Source of the DNA: an uncultured Phycisphaerales bacterium
Lineage (GTDB): Bacteria; Planctomycetota; Phycisphaerae; Tepidisphaerales; Tepidisphaeraceae
Assembly: GCA_963758525.1 (NCBI GenBank)
Contig: CAVWVQ010000003.1
Span: 1,248,001 to 1,312,000 of the forward strand
DNA: 64,000 nt
Direction: 5' to 3'
The notes under the pieces were generated by a model, which ran no database searches, was not told where the DNA came from, and saw only the letters and a list, made by a program, of their open reading frames with translations. Both the position numbers and the translations under genes were made by a program. Positions 22,055 to 32,580 of the stretch are shown here, one piece after another (the first letter of the stretch is position 1; each line of letters opens with the position of its first letter).

Positions 22055-24960
22055 ATGATCTATCGGATAGAGGTGCGCGGAGAGTCAGTTGCCCAAGGCA
22101 GAAATTCCACCTCTGACCCGCTCGGGGAGACCATTCGCCGGCAAATCGCCGAATTCAGCGATGATCCCGGACCGATTCAGACGCGACGTGTTTTTCTGAT
22201 CGACAGCGACGCCGACGTCAGCGGGATGCGGCGCGTGGCCAATGAACTTCTCGCTGATCCGATCGCTGAGTCAGGCGTGCTCGTCACGACAGCCGCGGCC
22301 CCATCCGCCGGCTCCAGAATAGAAATTCATCTCAAGCCGGGCGTCATGGACCCCGTCGCGGCCTCCACGGAGATGGCCATCCGCGACATGGGGATTCACG
22401 TGACGCAGGTGCGAACGGGGCGCTGCTGCCTCTTTGAGAAACCGATCGATCGGGATCGGCTGGCGCATATCGCCGCCCGCGTTCTGGCCAATGGAGTCAT
22501 CGAATCGGTCCATTTTGAAATGTATCTTCCCGCCGATTTTGCAGGCGGGCATCTCAGTCGATTCCAGTTGCAACACGTTTCGGTCCGCGACCTGACCGAC
22601 GAGCAACTCACTAAACTCAGCCGCGAAGGCCATCTTTTCCTCTCTCTGGCCGAGATGAAGGCAATTCAGTCGTACTACCGCGAACAGAGTCGCGAGCCGA
22701 CGGATGTTGAGTTGGAGACGCTGGCACAAACCTGGAGCGAGCATTGCGTGCATAAGACGCTCAAAAGCGCAGTCGAAGTGGAGGTTCGCAATGCCTCGGG
22801 CAAAGTGGTGGAAACGCGCCGGTATGGAAACCTGATCAAGGAAACGATTTTTGCGAGCACGAAGAAGTTAATGCAGGAGAGGCACGAAGGGGCGGAGGCA
22901 CGGAGGCACGCGGAAGAGAGGCACGAAGGCACGGAGGCACGGAGGCACGAAGGGGCGGAAGAGGGGGAGTTTTGTCTTTCGGTCTTTTCGGATAATGCGG
23001 GGGTGATCGCGTTCGACGAGACGGATGCGGTTTGCTTTAAGGTCGAGACGCATAATCATCCCAGCGCGATCGAGCCGTATGGGGGGAGCGCGACCGGGAT
23101 TGGCGGGGTGATTCGCGATATTCTTGGCACGGGACTTGGCGCTAAGCCGATTGCGAACACCGACGTCTTTTGTGTCGCATCGCACGATTTTGCAAAGCGT
23201 TTGCCGCGTGGCGTGATTCATCCAAAGCGCGTTCTCCAGCAGATCGTCGCGGGGGTGCGCGATTACGGCAATCGAATGGGAATCCCCACCGTCAACGGAG
23301 CGGTTTATTTCGACGACCGCTATCTTGGAAATCCCCTGGTCTTCTGCGGCTGTGTCGGCCTGATCCCGCGCGACAAGATTCACAAGCAGTCCCGGCCGGG
23401 CGATGCCGTGGTTCTGATCGGCGGACGCACCGGGCGGGACGGGATTCATGGCGCCACGTTTTCCAGCGCTGAGTTGACCGACACCCACGCCGATGAGTTT
23501 TCACATGCCGTTCAGATCGGAAACGCGGTCACCGAGAAGAAAGTGGGTGACGTCATTCTCGCAGCGCGCGATCGCGGACTTTTTACCGCGATCACCGACT
23601 GCGGGGCGGGCGGGCTCTCCAGCGCCGTCGGGGAAATGGGGGAAAAGATCGGCGCCAGATTGCGCTGGAGAAGGTCCCGCTGAAATATGCCGGGCTGCGG
23701 CACGATGAAATCTGGATCAGCGAGGCACAGGAGCGCATGGTGCTCTCGGCGCCGAAGGACAAGCTGGAAGAACTGCTGGCGCTGGCGGCGGAGGAAGACG
23801 TTGAGGCGACGGTCATTGGGCATTTCGGAACGGAGAACCGGGAGTTGGTCCTGAACTACCACGATGCTGAGGTTGCCCGCCTCTCCATGGACTTTTTGCA
23901 CAACGGCATTCCGATGCCGACGCGGAAGGCGGTTGTGGAAATGCAGGAACAGGGGGCGGGGGCGGATGTCCCTCGGTCCGGGCACGGGTTGGAAACCCGT
24001 GGTACGGACAGGCTTCTCAAGACGCTGGCGCATCCGAACATTGCCAGCAAGCATTGGGTGATCCGGCAATACGATCACGAGGTGCAGGGTGGCTCGGTGA
24101 TCAAGCCGCTGACGGGGCCGCTGCAAATCGGGCCGTCAGATGCGGCGGTGGTTCGCCCCAAGCTCTCCAGCTATCGCGGCGTGGTAATCGGCTGCGGACT
24201 GTGCCCGCAGATTGCCGACCCCTATGAGATGACACTCGCCGCGATCGACGAAGCGGTGCGAAATATCGTTGCCGTCGGGGCGGACCTGTCGCGCGTCGCG
24301 ATCCTCGACAACTTTTGCTGGCCCAGCGTAGATGACGAAAGAACGATGGGCACGCTGGTGCGTTCCTGCGAAGCCTGCCGCGATGCCGCGCTCGCCTACG
24401 GAATTCCTTTCATCAGCGGCAAGGATTCCCTGCACAATCAATTCACCAATCAGGAAACCGGAGAGGTCATCCGCATCCCGCGCACGCTCCTGATCAGCGC
24501 CATCGGCGTGATCGAAGATGTCCGCCGGTGCATCACGATGGATTTGAAGCAACCCGGCAACCGGATCGCGACCGTCTCGGCCGCGGACGACATGCATGGC
24601 CGCGTCGCGATGCACCGCGCGTTGTCCGCTGCAATTCGCAACGGCCTGATCGTCAGTTGTCACGACAGCAGCGACGGCGGCATTCTCACAGCCGCCGCCG
24701 AGATGTGCATCGCGTCGGGGCTTGGCCTCGATATCAGCTTCGACGACGAAGACGCCGCATTTCGCGAATCAACGGCGACGTATGTCATCGAATACGACCT
24801 GTCACGTCACGATGAACTGGCCGCGTTTCTAGGCGATAAGCTCAAGGATCGTGGAGTCGTCACGGCCGAAGCACGCCTGCAAATGACGTGTGCGGGGCTG
24901 ATTACGGAAATTCCCGTCGCTGATCTGACAGGCGCGTGGCGCGGCACGCTGGATTGGTAA
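22055..24960 (+). CDS. purL: FGAM synthase large subunit with PurS-like N-terminus (frame break near 23655)
   Basis: [50 protein letters not shown]. Confidence 0.95.
22881..22960 (+). repeat. GGCACG(A/G)A octamer array inside purL
   Basis: Encodes [28 protein letters not shown]; same unit at 32620-32652 and 51929-51990. Confidence 0.85.
23983..24005. repeat. REP-like palindrome inside purL
   Basis: CACGGGTTGGAAACCCGTGGTAC, identical to the two copies in dinG. Confidence 0.9.
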
Positions 24961-25103
24961 AGCCGAGGTCCGCGATCCTCTGCTTCGGAGTGATAGGGGC
25001 TGCCCCGATCGGCAAAGCGACTCGGGATGCTAACGAATTTTCGCGGCGCTTGCTCGCTGTATCCTCCTCCATTCTAATGCCCGCTTTGAGCAAGGAGGCT
25101 GCG

Positions 25104-26210
25104 TTGCCGGGCAAGATTCCCCTTTTGCGCGTCTATCAATCCGAAACCATCGAACGCCGCATCATCGAGGTCGTGCGCGGCGGCAACTATATTCTCGGGC
25201 CGGAATCCAAGGCATTTGAAAAGGAACTGGCGGCCTACTTTGGCGTCAAGCATGTCGTCCTCTCCAGCTCCTGGACCGCGGCGGTTCATCTGCTTCATCT
25301 GGCGCAGGGACTCAAGCCGGGTGACGAAATTCTCGTTCCGTCACTAACGGCGTTTCCCAGCATCGAGCCGATGATTCACGCCGGCGGAAAGCCGGTCTTC
25401 TGCGACATTGACGACACGTACACGATCTGCCCCGAGGATGCGAAAAAGAAGATCACCAATCGCACGGTCGGCATCCTCCCGGTGCATCTGTATGGTCGCC
25501 CGGCCAATATCGACGCATTTCAAAAGCTTGCGGCCGACCATGGGTTGTGGGTCATCGAAGATTGCGCCCAATCCCACGGCGCCAAATGGAAAGGCAAGCG
25601 GGCCGGGAGCTACGGGCAGCACGCGGCCTTTTCCTTTTACCCGTCGAAAAATCTGACAGTGTACGGCGATGGCGGCGCGATCGCGACCGGTGATGATGAA
25701 ATCGCCCGCAAGGTCACCATGCTCCGCAACCATGGGCGCAAGGATAAGTACCTTCACGAAAAAGTTGGGTTCAATCTGCGGTTCAATGAAATTCAGGCCG
25801 CGGTGGGCCGCGAGCAGCTCAAGGTGCTGGATGATCTCAACGCCGGCCGGCGCCGGGCGGCGGACTGGTATCGCCGCGAGCTTGCGGGAGTGAAGGGGAT
25901 TGCGCTGCCGCCGGCAGACACAGATGGAACGACCGAGTCGGTTTATCACATGTTCGTGATTCGCCTTGACAGCAATGGCGTTCGCGAAGGACTCGCAAAG
26001 GCGCTGCGGGAACAGGGAATCGAAACCGGCGTTCATTACCCGGTTCCGAATCATCTTCAGCCGGCCATGACCGATTTGTACGGAGCTCTGCCGTCGCTGC
26101 CGAAGACGGAAGATTACGTGAAGAGAATCCTGAGCCTGCCGATGTTCCCGTCGCTGATGGAAGCGGAAGTGAAGACGGTAGCCAGCGCAATCAAAGCGTA
26201 CGTTCAATGA
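25104..26210 (+). CDS. DegT/DnrJ/EryC1/StrS sugar aminotransferase
   Basis: PVHLYG, IEDCAQSHGA, FSFYPSKNL; AAGGAGG before TTG 25104 (alternative ATG 25077). Confidence 0.92.
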   Translation: MPGKIPLLRVYQSETIERRIIEVVRGGNYILGPESKAFEKELAAYFGVKHVVLSSSWTAAVHLLHLAQGLKPGDEILVPSLTAFPSIEPMIHAGGKPVFCDIDDTYTICPEDAKKKITNRTVGILPVHLYGRPANIDAFQKLAADHGLWVIEDCAQSHGAKWKGKRAGSYGQHAAFSFYPSKNLTVYGDGGAIATGDDEIARKVTMLRNHGRKDKYLHEKVGFNLRFNEIQAAVGREQLKVLDDLNAGRRRAADWYRRELAGVKGIALPPADTDGTTESVYHMFVIRLDSNGVREGLAKALREQGIETGVHYPVPNHLQPAMTDLYGALPSLPKTEDYVKRILSLPMFPSLMEAEVKTVASAIKAYVQ

Positions 26211-26237
26211 CAAATGCTTCGTCCATCATGACTGCAA

Positions 26238-26306
26238 GTAGGGCGGGATTCATCCCGCGGTGTTTTGACGGAATGCCGAAGGACGGCGGGATGAATCCCG
26301 CCCTAC
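26238..26306. repeat. Free-standing GTAG REP doublet (same family as in the MITE)
   Basis: GTAGGGCGGGATTCATCCCGC ... GGCGGGATGAATCCCGCCCTAC with a different spacer and no MITE ends. Confidence 0.9.
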
Positions 26307-26355
26307 TCCCGGCTGAAGTGACAGGTATCATTTTGAGCATCAGAGAGTCTGGAAG

Positions 26356-26464
26356 CTGTTTAGCCGCGACGCGCAGCGGAGCGCGTCAGAAACCGTTGAA
26401 GCCAACCGGCCGCAGCGACGAATACGCGCTTGGACGCGCTCCCCTTCGGGTCGCGGCTAAACAG
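26356..26464. repeat. TTAG-tagged 32-bp inverted doublet
   Basis: 26356-26387 vs reverse complement of 26433-26464, 3 mismatches. Confidence 0.85.
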
Positions 26465-26527
26465 TGTGGATGCTGTTAGAAGTTCAGGCCGGTACTGAGC
26501 ATTCGAGGTCCGCATGGAGCGAAAGTA

Positions 26528-27589
26528 ATGTCCAGGCAATGGAAATGTGCGGTCGTCGGCGCGGCAACGGTCGGAAAGACGCACGTGCGCGTCATTCCGC
26601 ATCTCCCAAATGCCACGCTCGCGGCCGTCTGCGACATCGTGCCGGAACGCGCCAAGGCGGCGCTAGAGGCCGCCACTCAGCCCAATGTCCCGATCTATAC
26701 GGACATGGCCGAGATGCTGGCACGCGAGCAGATCGACGTTGTGCATCTCGCGACGCCCAGCGGACTGCATTACGAGGGATGCAAGCTGGCCATGGATCGC
26801 GGCAAGCACGTGATCTGCGAAAAGCCGCTGGAGATCCGCCTCGAGCTGATCGACGAGATGATTGCGATGTCGGCCAAAACCGGACTGCAACTGGCGACGA
26901 TTTTCCAGAATCGTTATTCCGACGCCAACCGCGCCATCAAATGCGCCGCCGACGAGGGACGATTCGGCCGGCTCGCATGGGCGGGCTGCTTCACGCCCTG
27001 GTATCGGCCCGACAAGTATTACACCGACGGCGGATGGCGCGGAACCTGGAAGCTCGACGGTGGCGGCGCGATCATGAACCAATCGATCCACAGCATCGAT
27101 CTGCTTCAATGGATTGCGGGGCCGGTGAAGAGCGTCAGCGCGTACGCTTCGAGCCGGATTCACCCGACGATCGAGACGGAGGATACCGCTTCGTGTTCGC
27201 TTGAATTTGAGAGCGGGGCTTTTGGAACCATCATGGGTACGACGGCGATGTTTCCCGGCCTGCCCGCGCGCCTGGAGATCGGCGGAGAGAACGGCACCGC
27301 AATCCAGGAGAACGGGTTGAAGTTCTTCAAGTTCCGCGACGAGCGCCCCGGCGACGCCGAGCTGCTGGCGCGCTTGGGGCCCACCCCGCCGGCCGGTCCG
27401 AACGTCGCCTCGAATCCTGCCGCAATGGGCAACGATCTGCACGCACGCAATATCTCGGCGATTTTCTCCGCGTGGGACGAAGGGCGCCCAGCCGAAACCG
27501 ACGGGCCCCAGAGCCGCAAGGCGGTGGCGATCATTCATGCGATCTATGAATCCGTCCGCGCTGGAGGCGCTGCGATCAAAGTCAGCTAA
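26528..27589 (+). CDS. Gfo/Idh/MocA oxidoreductase
   Basis: HVICEKP, WRGTWKLDGGGAIMNQSIHSID. Confidence 0.9.
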   Translation: MSRQWKCAVVGAATVGKTHVRVIPHLPNATLAAVCDIVPERAKAALEAATQPNVPIYTDMAEMLAREQIDVVHLATPSGLHYEGCKLAMDRGKHVICEKPLEIRLELIDEMIAMSAKTGLQLATIFQNRYSDANRAIKCAADEGRFGRLAWAGCFTPWYRPDKYYTDGGWRGTWKLDGGGAIMNQSIHSIDLLQWIAGPVKSVSAYASSRIHPTIETEDTASCSLEFESGAFGTIMGTTAMFPGLPARLEIGGENGTAIQENGLKFFKFRDERPGDAELLARLGPTPPAGPNVASNPAAMGNDLHARNISAIFSAWDEGRPAETDGPQSRKAVAIIHAIYESVRAGGAAIKVS

Positions 27590-27621
27590 AAACTTTCCCC
27601 CTTGCAACAATACGAGACACG

Positions 27622-28014
27622 ATGGCCGAGCTGTTAGTGATCTACACCGTAATTGCCGTCTTCCGGATGCCTCTCCAGGAGCATTATTATTTCTGGAAGG
27701 TCATCGGCTTTGCCGGCCTCGGCGTGTTCCAGGCGCGCTGGATCGTGCAATGGCTCTACTCCGAGAAGCATCGGGAATCCAAGGTGCCCCCCATTTTCTG
27801 GTGGCTGTCGATTTTCGGCGCGCTGCTGGAAACATGCTACTTTCTGCGTCAGCAGGATTCGGTCGGTATCGCCGGATACTGTGTTTCCGCCGTCCCCTAT
27901 ACGCGAAATCTTATGCTGATTTACGGCAAGAAGTCGCGGGACAAGGCGGGAGGTTTGGAAACGTCCGCCGCCGAAATCGTTCTTCCTCCGGGGCCGACCG
28001 ATACTGCACCCTGA
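27622..28014 (+). CDS. Lipid-A biosynthesis N-terminal (LAB_N) domain membrane protein
   Basis: RWIVQWLYSEK..ESKVP..FWWLS..G, QDSV, YTRNL. Confidence 0.85.
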   Translation: MAELLVIYTVIAVFRMPLQEHYYFWKVIGFAGLGVFQARWIVQWLYSEKHRESKVPPIFWWLSIFGALLETCYFLRQQDSVGIAGYCVSAVPYTRNLMLIYGKKSRDKAGGLETSAAEIVLPPGPTDTAP

Positions 28015-28024
28015 ACCACACCCC

Positions 28025-28774
28025 ATGCAACCGATCCTAAGCATCTGCGTGCCCGTCTATGACGAAGAGGAGAACATTCCCCTGCTTCACGAAGCGATCT
28101 GCAAGGCATGCGATCCCCGTCAGATTCCGTTCGAACTCCTGCTTGTCGACGACGGCAGCAAGGACGGCTCCTGGGCGCAGATCGAGAAAGTCGTCGCGCG
28201 CGACCCGCGCGTTCGCGGCCTGAAGTTCAAATTCAACTGCGGCGAAACCGCCGCCAGCGACGCGGGATTGCGTGCCGCCCGCGGCAAATACGTCATGACG
28301 ATGGACGCGGATCTGCAGAACAATCCGGCCGACATTCCCGCATTCATCGAAGCGCTGGAAACGGGCGTCGATTGCGTCTGCGGCACGCGCGTCGCCACGC
28401 GCGGCCAGGGTGACAGCTTCGTCAAGGTCGCCTCCAGTCGCATCGCCAACTGGGTGCGCAACAAACTCAGCGACGAGCAAATCTCCGATGCCGGCTGCAC
28501 CTACCGCGCGTTCAAACGCGAATGCGTCGGGAAGCTCAAGCTCTATCGCGGCCTGCACCGTTTCATCCCCACCCTGCTAAAAATGGAAGGCTTCACCGTC
28601 ACCGAAATCCCCGTGACCAACAATCCCAGACTGCACGGCGAAAGCAAATACGGCGTGTGGAACCGCCTCTTCAAAAGCTTTCGCGATCTCTTGGCCATCC
28701 GCTGGATGAAGAGCCGGCTGCTGGGATATCAGGTGGGGACGGAGTTGGATCGGACAGGGGAAGTTTACATGTGA
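28025..28774 (+). CDS. GT2 polyprenol-phosphate glycosyltransferase (DPM1/ArnC-like)
   Basis: VDDGSKD, TMDADLQN, HRFIP, R.HGESKY. Confidence 0.9.
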   Translation: MQPILSICVPVYDEEENIPLLHEAICKACDPRQIPFELLLVDDGSKDGSWAQIEKVVARDPRVRGLKFKFNCGETAASDAGLRAARGKYVMTMDADLQNNPADIPAFIEALETGVDCVCGTRVATRGQGDSFVKVASSRIANWVRNKLSDEQISDAGCTYRAFKRECVGKLKLYRGLHRFIPTLLKMEGFTVTEIPVTNNPRLHGESKYGVWNRLFKSFRDLLAIRWMKSRLLGYQVGTELDRTGEVYM

Positions 28775-28882
28775 AATAAATGGATTTGGATCGGGCGCGG
28801 GAGAAGCACGAACCGAGCGGTTGCATCTGATGATCGAGCATCATACCATCTCTTTCCCTGTAAATTCAATGTTGAGGAACCC

Positions 28883-29179
28883 GTGATTGATCTCGCAAAC
28901 ATCCGTTCGTTGAGCGATTTTCAGCGAAACACCAAAGAACATCTGAAGCGTCTCAAAAAAACCGGGGAGGCGGAGGTACTCACGGTTAACGGGCAGGCTG
29001 AATTGGTTGTCCAAAGCGCAGAGGCTTATCAAAAGCTGCTGGACGTGGCTGATCTTGCAGATTCGGTGGCGATCTTGAGGAAACGAATCGCCGCGGCGGA
29101 CACCGGCGAGAAAGGAATTGCTGCTGAGACGGTCCTGAAGCAGATCAGGCAACAGCTGCGCCTCGGAGGACTGGGGTGA
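28883..29179 (+). CDS. Phd/YefM-like antitoxin
   Basis: IRSLSDFQRN..LTVNGQAELVVQSAEAYQ. Confidence 0.85.
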   Translation: MIDLANIRSLSDFQRNTKEHLKRLKKTGEAEVLTVNGQAELVVQSAEAYQKLLDVADLADSVAILRKRIAAADTGEKGIAAETVLKQIRQQLRLGGLG

Positions 29180-29504
29180 AAACCTATGCGGTAGTGTTCG
29201 ATCCTCGCACCAGGAAGAGGCACTTGAGGCAGCCGAGAATATCGCACGCTCATCTCCATCGGACGCGAAGAAATGGTTCTCCGGATTAGAGCAAATCATC
29301 GAATCACTCCGCACAATGCCTCGGCGATGCAGCCAAGCGCGGGAAAGCAAAACGCTTGGGTTGGACCTCCGGCATTACATCTATCACTCCCATCGGATCA
29401 TCTTTCGCATTGAGGAAGAAGCTCGAATTGTTCGGGTGCTTCATGTACGCCATGCCGCACGGCAGACAGTCGGTGAATCAAAAGCGCAGAGCGCAGACTC
29501 GTGA
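29176..29504 (+). CDS. RelE/ParE family toxin (frame break near 29209)
   Basis: GTGA overlap with antitoxin; ESLRTMPRRC..ARE..HRIIFRI..VRVLHVRH. Confidence 0.8.
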
Positions 29505-29555
29505 AATAAATTGGGCATTTGATTCGAGAGAGAAACGTTTCGGGAGGATCTGCAT

Positions 29556-32516
29556 CTAAGCGATCTTCTGCTCCGCGGCGGCCGCAGGCACAAGGTGCGC
29601 CTTGAGATACTGCCCCGTATAGCTCTCGGCAACCTGCACGATCCGCTCGGGGGGGCCTTCCGCAACGACTTGCCCGCCGCCGTGGCCGCCCTCCGGGCCC
29701 ATGTCGATGATCCAGTCGGCACATTTGATCACATCCAGATTATGCTCGATCACCAGGATCGTGTTGCCCAGATCGGCGAGGCGATTCAGCACGTTCAGCA
29801 GATTGTGAATGTCGGCAAAGTGCAGCCCCGTGGTGGGTTCGTCCAAAACATAGAGCGTGTGGCCGGTCGGATTTTTCCCCAGCTCGCTGGCCAGCTTCAC
29901 GCGCTGGGCTTCGCCGCCGGAGAGCTGCGTGCTGGGCTGACCCAGTTCGACGTACGAAAGGCCGACGTCGTTGACGGCTTTGAGCATCCGATGAATCTGC
30001 GGGAAGTTTTCGAAGAAGGCCAGCGCCTCCTCCACCGTCATCTTCAACACGTCGGCGACGCTTTTGCCGCGATAGTGAATCTCCAATGTCTCGGCGTTGT
30101 AGCGGGCGCCGTGACACACTTCACACTTCACATAGACGTCGGGCAAAAAGTGCATCTCGATGCACTTGGTGCCCTGGCCCTGACAGGCTTCGCAGCGGCC
30201 GCCTTTCACGTTGAAGCTGAAGCGCCCGGCTTCGTAGCCGCGAATCTTCGCCTCGCGCGTCTTGGCGAAAACCCGCCGGATTTCGTCGAAAACGCCGGTG
30301 TATGTCGCCGGATTGCTTCGCGGCGTGCGGCCGATCGGGCTCTGGTCGATCTCGATCACCTTGTCGATCTTTGCCAGTCCGTTGAGCTGCTTGTGCAGGC
30401 CGGCTTTGACTTTCGAGCCATACAGCTTGCGGCGGATGGCGGGAATCAATGTCTGATTGACCAGCGTGGATTTTCCCGACCCGCTCACGCCCGTGACGCA
30501 GATCAGACCGCCCAGCGGGAACCGCACGTCCACATTCTTGAGGTTGTTCTCACGGCACCCTTTGATCTCCAGCGCGAGCTTGTCCGGATCAACAGGGCGG
30601 CGCGTCGCCGGCGTGACGATGGCGTATTCGCCGGTGAGATATTTGATCGTGATGCTCTGGCGGTTGTTGAATACATCGGGAACCGGGCCGGCGCAGACGA
30701 GCGTCCCGCCATGGGCGCCGGCGCCGGGGCCGATGTCGATCAGATAGTCCGCGGCGCGGATGCAGTCCTCGTCGTGCTCGACCATCAAAACGGTGTTGCC
30801 GATCGACTGCAGGCGCTTGAGTGTCCGGATGAGCCGGGCGTTGTCGCGCTGATGCAGCCCGATCGTGGGCTCGTCGAGCACATAGCAGACACCGACCAGG
30901 CCGCTGCCGACCTGCGTTGCCAGGCGGATGCGCTGCGCCTCTCCGCCGCTGAGCGAGCCGGTTTTGCGGTCGAGGGTCAGGTAGCCGAGTCCGACGTCGA
31001 ACATGAATCCGAGGCGGGCGCCGATCTCGCGGACGATCGGCTCGGCGATCTTGGTGCGCTCTTCGCTGAGCCGGAGGTCCTCGAAGAATTTCCGAGCCTG
31101 TTCGACGGTCATGGTCGAGACATCGTGAATGCTGTAGCCGGGCAGGATCGCTGTCGCTCCGGTGGCAGCAGGAGCGATTTCAGCGACGCCGGAGCTCTGG
31201 TCCTCCGGCGTCGCCAGCACGGGCGGGACGCCCGTGCCACGGGGATCCAAGCGCACGGCGAGCGCCTCCTTTTTCAATCGCGTGCCGCCGCAGACCAGGC
31301 AGGGCTGCTCCGACATGTATTGGTGCATGCGCGCTTTGACGAACTCGCTCTCCGTATTCTCGAATCTCCGCTGCACGTTGGGAACGACGCCTTCGAATTC
31401 CGCGCCGGTTCCCTGATCGCCCTTTGCATCGGTGCCGTACATGAGAACTTGCTGCACCTTGCGCGGAATGTCCTTGTAGGGCATGGCGTAGTCGATGCCA
31501 AAGTCCCGGCAGAACTGGCGCAGCACCCGGCTGTACCAGATATTCATCCGCTTGCCGTTCTTGCGCCAGGCTTCGATCGCGCCGTTCTCGATCGACAGGC
31601 TTTCGTCCGGAACGATCAACTCCGCGTCAAACTTGAAAGTCGTTCCCAGGCCGTGGCATGCAGGACACGCCCCGTGCGGCGAGTTGAAGCTGAAGAGCCG
31701 CGGCTCCAATTCCGGAAGCGAAACGTGCGGATGCAGCGGACATGCGAATTTTTCACTGAAAACCTGATCGCTCCATGAGCCGTCCGGCTGCCCCACCGCC
31801 ACGATCACCAATCCCTGCGCCAGCTTCAGAGCGGTCTCAATCGAGTCGGCCAGCCGGGAGCGAATTTCCGGCTTGAGCACGATGCGATCGACAATCGCCT
31901 CGATGTTGTGAGCGAACGTCTTTTTGAGCTGCGGAGCCGCGGCCGGGGTCGGAAGCTCGGCGATTACGCCATCGACCCTGGCCCGCACGAATCCCTGCTT
32001 GTGGATCGCGCCAAACGTGTCTTTGTGCTCGCCCTTCTGTCCGCGAATCAGCGGCGAGAGAACCATGATCTTCGTGCCGGCGGGATATTTCATCACCGCA
32101 TCGACGATCTGCGACGGCGTCTGCCCGCTGATCGGCCGGCCGCATTCCCAGCAGTGCGGCGTGCCGGCGCGGGCGAAGAGCACGCGCAGATAATCGTAAA
32201 TCTCGGTCGTTGTCGCGACCGTCGAGCGCGGATTGCTGCTGGCCGAACGCTGCTCGATCGCGATCGTCGGCGGCAATCCTTCGATCTCGTCGACCTCCGG
32301 CTTCTGCAGTTGATCGAGAAACTGCCGGGCATACGTGGAGAGCGACTCCATGTATTTCCGCTGCCCCTCGGCAAAGACCGTATCGAACGCCAGCGTCGAC
32401 TTGCCGGAGCCCGACAACCCCGTGATGACGACCAGTTGATCGCGTGGAATCTCCACGTCGATATTCTTGAGATTGTGTTCGCGGGCTCCGCGGATGCGGA
32501 TAGACTTCAAACTCAT
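29556..32516 (-). CDS. uvrA: Excinuclease ABC subunit A
   Basis: IRGAREHNLK, GLSGSGKS, Zn fingers, two LSGGEAQR signatures. Confidence 0.97.
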   Translation of the reverse strand: MSLKSIRIRGAREHNLKNIDVEIPRDQLVVITGLSGSGKSTLAFDTVFAEGQRKYMESLSTYARQFLDQLQKPEVDEIEGLPPTIAIEQRSASSNPRSTVATTTEIYDYLRVLFARAGTPHCWECGRPISGQTPSQIVDAVMKYPAGTKIMVLSPLIRGQKGEHKDTFGAIHKQGFVRARVDGVIAELPTPAAAPQLKKTFAHNIEAIVDRIVLKPEIRSRLADSIETALKLAQGLVIVAVGQPDGSWSDQVFSEKFACPLHPHVSLPELEPRLFSFNSPHGACPACHGLGTTFKFDAELIVPDESLSIENGAIEAWRKNGKRMNIWYSRVLRQFCRDFGIDYAMPYKDIPRKVQQVLMYGTDAKGDQGTGAEFEGVVPNVQRRFENTESEFVKARMHQYMSEQPCLVCGGTRLKKEALAVRLDPRGTGVPPVLATPEDQSSGVAEIAPAATGATAILPGYSIHDVSTMTVEQARKFFEDLRLSEERTKIAEPIVREIGARLGFMFDVGLGYLTLDRKTGSLSGGEAQRIRLATQVGSGLVGVCYVLDEPTIGLHQRDNARLIRTLKRLQSIGNTVLMVEHDEDCIRAADYLIDIGPGAGAHGGTLVCAGPVPDVFNNRQSITIKYLTGEYAIVTPATRRPVDPDKLALEIKGCRENNLKNVDVRFPLGGLICVTGVSGSGKSTLVNQTLIPAIRRKLYGSKVKAGLHKQLNGLAKIDKVIEIDQSPIGRTPRSNPATYTGVFDEIRRVFAKTREAKIRGYEAGRFSFNVKGGRCEACQGQGTKCIEMHFLPDVYVKCEVCHGARYNAETLEIHYRGKSVADVLKMTVEEALAFFENFPQIHRMLKAVNDVGLSYVELGQPSTQLSGGEAQRVKLASELGKNPTGHTLYVLDEPTTGLHFADIHNLLNVLNRLADLGNTILVIEHNLDVIKCADWIIDMGPEGGHGGGQVVAEGPPERIVQVAESYTGQYLKAHLVPAAAAEQKIA
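31218..31240. repeat. GTGG-tagged REP inside uvrA
   Basis: CACGGGCGGGACGCCCGTGCCAC, identical to the intergenic copy at 48784-48806. Confidence 0.9.
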
Positions 32517-32580
32517 GCGTTTCTCAATTGCTTCGCGGAAACAAGGCACACCGCGCCGACGAGCGCAAGCCCTCGATCGT

